A stretch of 21,395 nucleotides of DNA, taken from positions 1 through 21,395 of the forward strand of contig JBBQSO010000087.1 of assembly GCA_038213805.1 (NCBI GenBank), read 5' to 3'. Each line of letters starts with the position of its first letter. Positions within the stretch are counted from its first letter, which is position 1. Below the pieces are notes generated by a model. That model had not been told where the DNA came from, did not search any database, and saw only the letters and a program-made list of their open reading frames with translations. This document shows, one piece after another, positions 1 through 8,200 of the stretch. Source of the DNA: Planctomycetota bacterium. GTDB lineage: Bacteria > Planctomycetota > UBA11346. Made by a program: the position numbers and the translations under genes.

Positions 1-312
1 GGCTTCATCACCGATTGCCACGGTGACTCGCGACATATCGCGAGCTGCCTCTTTGAGACGGCCCAGAATGATATCAAGATTTTCTACGAAACCTGCGGTG
101 AACATAAGGGGTTCGTGAAAATCATGTGGATCAACGAGAACAAAGGTAAGCCCGATGACGTCAAGAAAAATGGTCGGAGAAACATCTTTGTCTTCGACCC
201 GCAGACCAACACCGGCTCAGGAACGCATGTCGATGAGGACGGGAGCAAGAGCCCGGTACCCAACTTCCCTGGCCTGCCTGGGGGCCCAATTGACCCTTCC
301 CCGGCACCCTAA
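1..312 (+). CDS. 3' part of an unknown protein, truncated by the window edge
   Basis: Frame 1 is open from base 1 (GFITDCHGDSRHIASC...) to TAA at 310-312, so the 115 start in the ORF track is probably internal. GC is lower than downstream (27/60 GC at 121-180 vs 47/60 at 1681-1740). Pro-rich tail. Confidence 0.6.
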   Translation, partial: GFITDCHGDSRHIASCLFETAQNDIKIFYETCGEHKGFVKIMWINENKGKPDDVKKNGRRNIFVFDPQTNTGSGTHVDEDGSKSPVPNFPGLPGGPIDPSPAP

Positions 313-341
313 GTCACTCTTTCTCATTTACGAGGACGGCC

Positions 342-1007
342 ATGAAATCGCTCGCTTTATTCCTGCTAACTCTGATGTTCTGGACCGCATTTGCTCAGGA
401 TAACGTCGGCAACGTTGCGGACGTCGAACATGTCATTGCCCTCCGTGGAACTGCGCAAGGTGGAACGGTAACGCTCACCTTTCCTTCACGCGTTATCAGC
501 GTCACGACCACTGCGGGACTCACTGCGGCCCAGGTAGCCACAGCCTTCGATACTGCGTTCCAGAACCTTCTGCCCGCAGCTGATCCAACAAATCATGCCC
601 AAGTCCTAGCGCAGTGGCAGGCGCGTAAGGCGATAGGCTTTAACCTTCACGCACAGGACACGAATGTCAGGGTTCAAGGCTTAAGCGCCGGGCAGGTGGG
701 GCTAACGAGCACGGATACTGGGATCATTACTGTTCCAGCGGTCACGAACGTGACCGCAACCAAAATCGACGGTACCACGGTTAAGGTGGCCTGGGCCATT
801 CCGACTGGAGCAACCTACGACAAAATTGAGGTGTACAGCACTGGGTCGTCGACCATGCAAACAGAGACCGGAACGGCAACGTCGACGAAGGATGATCTCT
901 CATTCATCAAAGATGTCACCGGGATCCCTTCGAGCATTACCTACTCCGTGGTCGCGTTCAGTGGCGATACACCGTCAGCCGTGGTTACAGTCGCCTACCA
1001 ACCGTAA
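342..1007 (+). CDS. Secreted hypothetical protein, Thr/Val-rich, possible C-terminal FN3/Ig-like domain
   Basis: GAGGA RBS at 332-336; Sec signal peptide MKSLALFLLTLMFWTAFA-Q; the C-terminal PAVTNVTA...VKVAW...Y...YSVVA pattern resembles FN3. Confidence 0.7.
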   Translation: MKSLALFLLTLMFWTAFAQDNVGNVADVEHVIALRGTAQGGTVTLTFPSRVISVTTTAGLTAAQVATAFDTAFQNLLPAADPTNHAQVLAQWQARKAIGFNLHAQDTNVRVQGLSAGQVGLTSTDTGIITVPAVTNVTATKIDGTTVKVAWAIPTGATYDKIEVYSTGSSTMQTETGTATSTKDDLSFIKDVTGIPSSITYSVVAFSGDTPSAVVTVAYQP

Positions 1008-1134
1008 CGGTGCACCCCGGCGTCAGGCGCTGCACATGGCATTGCAGTTCTCTACTCAATTCACCTAATGGATTAGTTCAGGCCGTAGACCGTATCCCTT
1101 AGCGTGCGTTTTTCTCCGAATTCTGCGTCCTCCC

Positions 1135-1461
1135 CTGCTACAGGAATTCGATGCGCGCCGGCGTGTCCATCGGCTGCATGACGACGCGCTCGATCAGTTG
1201 GTCGACGCCGATGCCGAGGCGCGCCTGGATAGCGCCGAGGCCGAAGCCGACGCCGAGGAGGACCTCGCCCACCTCGAGCGGTGCATGGGAAAACTGCCAG
1301 CGCGCCTGCGCCTGCTCTTCCAACGGCGGTACGCTGATGGACATTCCCTGGATCGTCTGGCGCAGCAGTTCAAGCAGGGCGCGGAGGCCCTGGCCGCGCT
1401 CTTCTACCGCACCAGACGCTCGTTGCAGACATGCATCGAGCAGCAGCGGCGCTTGCGATGA
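1135..1461 (+). pseudogene. 5'-truncated ECF sigma-70 factor (linker and region 4 only)
   Basis: LERCMGKLPARLRLLFQRRYADGHSLDRLA...LFYRTRRSLQTCIE is a typical ECF sigma4 of the Planctomycete/Verrucomicrobia type. The frame is closed upstream by TAA at 1066-1068 and has no region 2. Its TGA overlaps the FecR ATG (ATGA 1458-1461). The left boundary is approximate. Confidence 0.75.
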
Positions 1462-2975
1462 GCGACGAGTTCGCCGCGCTCTGCGAAGCCTGGCTCGATG
1501 GGACGCTCGACGCCTCGGGGCGAGAGCGCCTGATCGCCCTGATGGCGTCCGACGCGACGCGGGCGCAAGCCCTGGTCGAGGCGAATCGGCAGCACCTCGG
1601 GCTTCACGCCCTGATGGGCGGTGGCGATCAGGCCGACCGCAGGGCCCGCATCGATGATCTGATCGACGCAGCCGCCCCGGCCGGGCGGCAGCGGCGGGTG
1701 GCGGCAATCGTCAGCAAGCTACCGCGCTCGGGGCGCACCGGACGCTTCCACCGCCGGGACCCCGCCCGCCCGTGGTTCGCGGCGGTATCGGCGGCTGCAG
1801 CACTGGTAGCTTGCCTTGCCGGTGGGATGTGGCTCTCGCGCTCCAGCCCATTGGCTCGGATCGAAGGCGTCGGCGTGCTGGTTCGGCTGGGTGAACGGCT
1901 TCCTATCGCCACTGGCCTGCCCATGCGCGACGGAGACGCGATCGAGGCTGCCGGCGGCGACGTCTCCTTGAATTACGCCGACGGCTCGGTGCTGATGTTT
2001 CGCGACGGAACGCGGGCCACGCTGCACGTCGATGCCGGGGGTAAGCGCGTAGAGCTGGCCCAGGGCGCAGTGCGGGCGAGCGTGACGGCCCAGCCCGCCG
2101 GGCGACCGCTAAGACTCGTCGCCGCTGGTGCCGAGGCCGAGGTGCTGGGGACCGAACTGATCTTCGCCACCGGCGCCGACCTCGCACGCGTGAGCGTGCT
2201 GAGCGGAAGCGTGCGTCTGAGCGCGATCGGCGGCGCGGTGCAGGTGTCCGCCGGGCAGACCGCGGTGGCGCGGGCCGGGTCCATGCCCGAGGCGCACGCG
2301 AGCGCCGATCTGACGCGCGGCCTGCTCGGATGGTGGAGCTTTGACGAACGCGAGGGCGAGCAGGCGGCCGACCGCTCTGCCGCCGGCCGGCATGCACGCG
2401 CCTCGCGCACGCGCATCGTCGATGGGCTCAGCGGCCGCGCCCGGCGCTTCGACGGTGCTTTAGGCGGCGACAGCTATGTCCAGGCCACCGCCATCCCCAT
2501 GGCTGGTGTCGATGCGCTGAGCGTCTCGGCCTGGGTGCGCACCACCTCGCCGTTCTTCGGCACGGTGGTGGGCGACGTCTTCACCGTCGGTTGGGGGGCC
2601 GGGAACGAACGCTTCAAGCCGCAGGACATGCCGCCGGATGCAGCGCAGCATGCCGGCTTGGTGAACCTCATGCACGCTGGCGACGACACTGCCCACCTCG
2701 ACAGCCGCACGCGGGTGGATGATGGCCGTTGGCACCATCTGCTGTGGAACTGGCGACGTGGTGGCGAGGGCCGCATCTACATCGACGGCCGCCTGTCGGC
2801 GAGTGGACCGCTGACAGCGGGGCGCTGGCCAGCGGATGCCTGGACGCCGGTCATCGGCTCCGGCGGTGGTCACCGGGAATGGTGTTTCGGCGGCGACATC
2901 GACGAGGTCCGCATCTATGCCGGTGCACTCGACGAAGACGCCATCGCCCAGCTGGCGGCTCCTCCCGGCGAATGA
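1458..2975 (+). CDS. FecR-domain anti-sigma factor with C-terminal LamG/concanavalin-like domain (505 aa)
   Basis: N-terminal anti-sigma helix (LCEAWLDGTLD), a TM segment (WFAAVSAAAALVACLAGGMWL), FecR motifs (LAQGAVRASV, AEVLGTE) and LamG motifs (GLLGWWSFDE, WHH, IYIDG, FGGDIDEVRIY). Start chosen from the ATGA coupling. Confidence 0.88.
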   Translation: MSDEFAALCEAWLDGTLDASGRERLIALMASDATRAQALVEANRQHLGLHALMGGGDQADRRARIDDLIDAAAPAGRQRRVAAIVSKLPRSGRTGRFHRRDPARPWFAAVSAAAALVACLAGGMWLSRSSPLARIEGVGVLVRLGERLPIATGLPMRDGDAIEAAGGDVSLNYADGSVLMFRDGTRATLHVDAGGKRVELAQGAVRASVTAQPAGRPLRLVAAGAEAEVLGTELIFATGADLARVSVLSGSVRLSAIGGAVQVSAGQTAVARAGSMPEAHASADLTRGLLGWWSFDEREGEQAADRSAAGRHARASRTRIVDGLSGRARRFDGALGGDSYVQATAIPMAGVDALSVSAWVRTTSPFFGTVVGDVFTVGWGAGNERFKPQDMPPDAAQHAGLVNLMHAGDDTAHLDSRTRVDDGRWHHLLWNWRRGGEGRIYIDGRLSASGPLTAGRWPADAWTPVIGSGGGHREWCFGGDIDEVRIYAGALDEDAIAQLAAPPGE

Positions 2976-3057
2976 CCCGCATCAGCGACGTATCGCTGTT
3001 GCGTGGCGGATGCGCTGGCGGCAGCCTCCGCGACCTGCACCACCTCTGGAGCCCCGC

Positions 3058-5112
3058 ATGACCGATCCCGCCCCACCGATCGCCGCCCTGGTGGGCGGAA
3101 GCCCCGCCGCCGCCGCGCTGCTGCTCGACGGCGAGACCGTCATCGACGGCATGTCGATCAATGTGCGCGGCCGCGAGCTGGAGCCGGGCATCGCCTTGCT
3201 GACCTGGGAACAGTCGCAACCGGCGGCGCGCGGCAATCCCCTGCTCGGACGGGTCAGACACACCCGCCGATGGACCGCATGCCATCGCGCACGCGAGCCG
3301 TTCTGGATGGTGCCAGCGGTTGGAAGTACGCTCGTAGACGTACCGCCCGAAACCCAGGTGCTGCTGATCGAGCGCGGTGATGGTCGTCTGGTGCTGATCG
3401 CGCCGCTGGCTCTGGGCGCCATGCGCTTCGCCCTGCGCGGCGGAGCCGAGGGGCTGACGCTGGTCGGGCACACCGGGGATCCGTGGACCAGGGTGGCGAC
3501 CTCGCCAGCGTGCCTGGTCGCGATCGGCGACTGCCCGCTCGCCCTCTGGCAGCGCGCGGCGAGCGCACTGGCCGCGGCTCATCCCGAGGTGGGCCTCGCG
3601 CGGGACGTGCCCTATCCCCGCGAGGCCGATTGGCTCGGTTGGTGCACCTGGGATGCATTCTATCAGACGGTCGATGAAGCCAAGGTGGTCGCCGGGCTCG
3701 AGAGCTTCCGCCGCATCGGCGTCATGCCGCGCTGGATGATCCTCGACGATGGCTGGCAGACCCAGGAGCGCGTCAGCACCGGCGAGCAGCGCCTGACCGC
3801 CTTCGCCGCCGACGCGGTGAAATTCCCCAACGGCTTGGGGCCGCTGGTGACGCTAACGAAGCAGCGCTATGGCCTGCGCTCGTTCTGGGTCTGGCACGCC
3901 TTCCAGGGCTATTGGGGCGGAACCGACGCGCGCCTTGGTTACCAGATCGAGGAACGCCTGCGCCGTTACGACGCGGGTATCGTCAGCAATCCCCCCGCGA
4001 ACAGCGATTGGATGCAGGAGGTCTGGGGCGACCTCATGGGCGTGGTGACGGCATCCGACATCGGGCGATTCTTCGCGGATTTCCATGCCAACCTGCGCGC
4101 GCAGGGCGTGGATGGCGTGAAGGTCGACAACCAGGCTGCGCTCGAAGGCGTTGCCCATGGGCTCGGCGGGCGTGTGGCGCTGATGCGGGCCTATCGCGAC
4201 GCGCTCGAGGTCAGCGTGACCACCCACTTCGGGGGCAGCCTGATCAACTGCATGTCGTGCTCCAACGACATGCTGTACGCCGCGCGTTGCTCGAACAGCA
4301 CGCGTACCAGCACAGATTTCTGGCCCAAGAAGCCCGAATCGCACGGGCTGCACCTCTACACCAATGCCCAGGTCGGCGGCTGGTTCGGCGAATTCGTGCA
4401 TCCCGATTGGGACATCTTCCAGACCGCCCACCCCGCGGGCTGGTTCCACGCAGCCGGCCGCGCGGTCTCGGGCGCCCAGGTTTATGTCAGCGACGCTCCC
4501 GACCATCACGACGCGGCGGTGTTGCTCGCCCTGACCCTCTCCGACGGATCGGTGCCGCGCTGCTTGGACCCGGGGCGCCCGACGCGCGACTGCCTGTTCC
4601 ATGACCCCACGCGCGAGCCGGTGCTGCTGAAGGTGATGAACCGCAATCCGTGCGGCACGGTGATCGGTATCTTCAATGCGTGCCACGACTCCGCGGGCCC
4701 AGTGGCCGGCGGCGTATCCCCTTCCGACCATCCGCAGGCTGAGCCTGGGGTGTCGGCGGTCTGGCTGCACCGGATTGCGCGCCTGGCGCTGCTCGAGCAC
4801 GGTCGGCACCTGCCGCTGGCGTTGACGGCCCTCGACTGGGAGATCGCCACCATGGCGCCGGTGGTCGACGGCCTCGCGGTGATCGGACTCGAGGGCAAGC
4901 TCAATGGCGGGGGCGTGGTGATCGCCGTGCGTCGGCAGACCCGCGGCGCCAGCATCGAGCTGCGCGATGGAGGAACCCTGCTGGTGTGGTGCGCTCAGAC
5001 CCTCTCAGCGCGGAGCGCAAGACAGCCGCTTGAGGTCACCCCTGCCACCGACGGGCTGGTTCGGGTCACCATAGTCGGCCAGGGACCGTGCGTGCTCGAC
5101 CTGCGGTGGTGA
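3058..5112 (+). CDS. Sip1/raffinose synthase-like alpha-galactosidase, GH36 (684 aa)
   Basis: Motifs GWCTWDAFY, ILDDGWQ, WHAFQGYWGG, GVDGVKVD, RTSTDFWP, PDWDIFQT and YVSD.P..HD. ATG 3058 follows GGAG; no signal peptide. Confidence 0.92.
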   Translation: MTDPAPPIAALVGGSPAAAALLLDGETVIDGMSINVRGRELEPGIALLTWEQSQPAARGNPLLGRVRHTRRWTACHRAREPFWMVPAVGSTLVDVPPETQVLLIERGDGRLVLIAPLALGAMRFALRGGAEGLTLVGHTGDPWTRVATSPACLVAIGDCPLALWQRAASALAAAHPEVGLARDVPYPREADWLGWCTWDAFYQTVDEAKVVAGLESFRRIGVMPRWMILDDGWQTQERVSTGEQRLTAFAADAVKFPNGLGPLVTLTKQRYGLRSFWVWHAFQGYWGGTDARLGYQIEERLRRYDAGIVSNPPANSDWMQEVWGDLMGVVTASDIGRFFADFHANLRAQGVDGVKVDNQAALEGVAHGLGGRVALMRAYRDALEVSVTTHFGGSLINCMSCSNDMLYAARCSNSTRTSTDFWPKKPESHGLHLYTNAQVGGWFGEFVHPDWDIFQTAHPAGWFHAAGRAVSGAQVYVSDAPDHHDAAVLLALTLSDGSVPRCLDPGRPTRDCLFHDPTREPVLLKVMNRNPCGTVIGIFNACHDSAGPVAGGVSPSDHPQAEPGVSAVWLHRIARLALLEHGRHLPLALTALDWEIATMAPVVDGLAVIGLEGKLNGGGVVIAVRRQTRGASIELRDGGTLLVWCAQTLSARSARQPLEVTPATDGLVRVTIVGQGPCVLDLRW

Positions 5113-5148
5113 GCTGAGGGTTCGCGCCGAAGTGACGCAAGTCATGGA

Positions 5149-5162
5149 CAATCATATGATTG
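5149..5162. promoter_or_regulatory. Perfect 14-bp AT-rich palindrome CAATCATATGATTG, candidate operator
   Basis: Lies in the short AT-rich intergenic region 42 bp upstream of the ATG at 5205. Confidence 0.45.
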
Positions 5163-5204
5163 CAAAATAAGTCGTCAGTTTTTCGCGCCCGCGCGAATAC
5201 GGAC

Positions 5205-8200
5205 ATGCGCACCCTCATCTGCATCTTCATGCTGCTGGCCACGCTCCCGTGGTCAGCTGCCGCGGTCAGCACCGGCGGCGACCAGACCGTGACCCTGTCG
5301 GCGGGCGCCGCGCTGAACGGCAGCGCCCCGGCCGGGCATGGGGTGCAGTGGAAGGTGAAGAGCGCCCCGGCCAACTGCGCCTGCAATTTCTCCACCAGCG
5401 GGGCCAACGATATCCCGGTGACCAGCGTCCAGAATCCCACCCGGGCGGAATTCAGCCACACCGGCGCCTATGTCCTGACCTTCACCGACACCACCGACAA
5501 CAGCGCCGCTGATGTCACCATCACCGTGACCGCCAACAGCGCCGGCGACGGCACGGTCAGCACGGCGCGGACGGTGCGGATCATGCCCCTGGGCGATTCC
5601 ATCACCGCTGCCAGCGGCGGCTGGCGCTTCACCTTGCAGGACAAGCTGAGCGCCGGCGGCTACCAGTTCGACTTCATCGGCGGCCGGCACCTGGATAAGG
5701 ACGGCACCCACGATGCCGACCATGAAGGGCACAGCGGTTGGGAGACGGTCAGCTATCCGCAGAGCTCGGAGTTCGGTTGGGGCATCGACAACGGCGGTTC
5801 GGGCACCGCTGGTTACAACATCGACGTCGTCGGCCTGCAGCCCGACCTGGTGCTGCTGATGCTCGGCACCAACGACGTCGGCCGTGGCAGCGAGAACGCC
5901 AGCGCCCGCTGTGCTCGCCTGTTCCAGATCGTGGACGATATCTGGGCCAAGGTGCCCAACGCGCGCGTGATGGTCGCCAAGATCCCGCCCTTCAACGAGG
6001 GCAATCGCCCGACGCCGATCAGCGGCTATGCCAGCAACGCCGCCTGGATCGCGGAATACAACAGCCTCATCGGCAGCACTGTGGCCACCCGCCAGGGCCA
6101 GGGCCAGGGCAAACGCATCAGCGCAGTGGACATGAACGCGGCGATGACGGTCGCGGATCTCGGCGATGGCGTCCACCCCAATGCGGGTGGCTACGCCAAG
6201 ATAGCCCAGGTCTGGTACGATGGCATCGTCGCGGTGACCAACGGCGGCGGCGGTGGCGGCGGGAACCAGCCACCGACGGTGTCCCTGGCAACGCCCAGCG
6301 GCCCCTTCACCGCGCCTGCGACAGTAAACCTGACGGCCAGCGCCAGCGACAGCGATGGCACGGTCGCCAAAGTCGAGTTCTTCAACGGGACGACCAAGCT
6401 CGGGGAAGACACCTCCTCGCCCTATGCTTTCTCATGGTCCAGCATCCCCGCCGGCACCTACAGCCTGAGCGCCATGACCACCTCCAGCGCGGTCAGCGTG
6501 ACCGTGAACGCCGCTGGCGGCGGCGGCCTTCCCGCGGGCGACGGCGAGCACAGTGGCCAGGTCAATGGCGAGGGCTACTGGCTGCCCGACGTGCAGAACA
6601 TCCGTGGCATGTACCTCGGCGGCATGGACGACCCCACCAAGGCCTTCTGCCGGAAGTGGGGCTTCGGCATCTTCTACGTCGGCATGTTCAGCCTGAAGAA
6701 CGCGCCGTACAATTTCCCGCAGATCGGCGCGGCCACCGGCCATCCCGAGCTGACCAGCGGCACGCCCTTCATCGCCACCGGGCTGTCGACCGGCGCCGGC
6801 TTTGTCGCGAAGATGGCCGAGACGTATCCCAACCAGATGATCGCCTTCATCGCCTGGAACACCGCCTTCTGCTTCGCCAAGGACAACGACGGCTGGAATT
6901 GGAACCGGCCCACTGACATGGACGCTGAGAAGGTGTCGATCGTCGATCTCAACGTCGCCAAGGGCGTGCCCGGCATGTTCGTGCAGAGCGAACTCGACGG
7001 CCTGGTCGGCGTCACCCTGGGCCAGGGCCTGTTCGAGGCCGGCCGCCGCGTCGATGCGCCCTGGTCCTACGGCATCGCGCCCGACTCGGGCCATACCGGC
7101 GGTAGTACCCTGCCCGCCCAGTACGTCCCCGACTGGTGCGATGCGGTGGTGGCCAACCGCTATCCCATCGGCTCGCCCCTGGGCGCGGTCGATCGCAGCG
7201 GCGACTGGTACGGCAACGTGGTAACCCGGGCGACCGCCGCGTCGGCGGGGTACAGCGGCAACAAGCAGAAGGCGAGCTGGCTGCCCAACGCCGCCTGGGC
7301 CGGCACCTGGGCCGGGTTGACGAAGGGCCTGCCCTACACCCTGCCGGCCGTGCGGGCCAAGACCCTGCCCCGCGGCATCATCGACGAGTCCTCGATCCAG
7401 ATCAGTGAAACGCTGTCGAACCTGCCGGCGAACGCCCGCCTGTGGCCTTCGAGCAGCGCCGGCGTCGGGCCCTGGGACTACGAAAATGCGAATCCCACCG
7501 CGGGGCAGCACGCCCAAGGGAAGGGCGGCCGCTGGAAGCTCTGCGCCGACCTCGATGTCGGCGACCAGATCACCCCCACGATCCTGCCCAACGCGACCTG
7601 CGTCACCGGCCTGCCTGCCTCGGTGCGGGGCTGCGACTACCTGCGGCCGGCCGGGCAGTCCTATGATGCCAGCATCACCATCGCCAGCTTCCGCCTGGCC
7701 CAGGCGGCGGACGTCACCATCGCCCTCGACAACCGGGCGCCGGCTCCGGCCTGGATGAACGGCTACAGCCCGGTGGCCGGCGAGACCATCACCATCCACG
7801 ACGGCACCTCGCCTTTCGAGAGCCCGCGCGTCCTCAACCTGTACCGGCGCAGCCTGCCAGCCGGCACCACGGTCATGCTGAACGGCACCGGGACGCAGAA
7901 TGTGCTGATGTACCTGGTGATCGTCCGCACCAGCGGCGCCCAAGCCAACACCGCGCCGACGGTCAGCTCCGGCTCGAACCAGACCACGACCCTGGCCAAT
8001 GGCACGGCCACCGTCAGCCTGAGCGCTGCGGTGAGCGACGACGGCCAGGTGCAGGCGACGCCGACCGTGACCTGGAGCAGCAACCCCTCAGCCGGCGCCA
8101 GCTTCGCCAATGCGAACGCTGCCAGCAGCACCGCCACGTTCACCGCCGCTGGCACCTACCTCCTGACCCTCAGCGCCTACGACGGCCAGCTCAGCGGCAG

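Noticed and set aside
2978..3003. Hairpin CGCATCAGCGA-CGTA-TCGCTGTTGCG after the FecR gene as a terminator
   Set aside because: No U-tract, and such stems are common at this GC content.
2836..3057. Extended starts in the ORF track (2836, also 1431, 5160, 11020, 14395, 14900, 15889, 17440)
   Set aside because: They overlap neighbouring genes or precede signal peptides. Downstream starts with RBS or stop-start coupling fit better.
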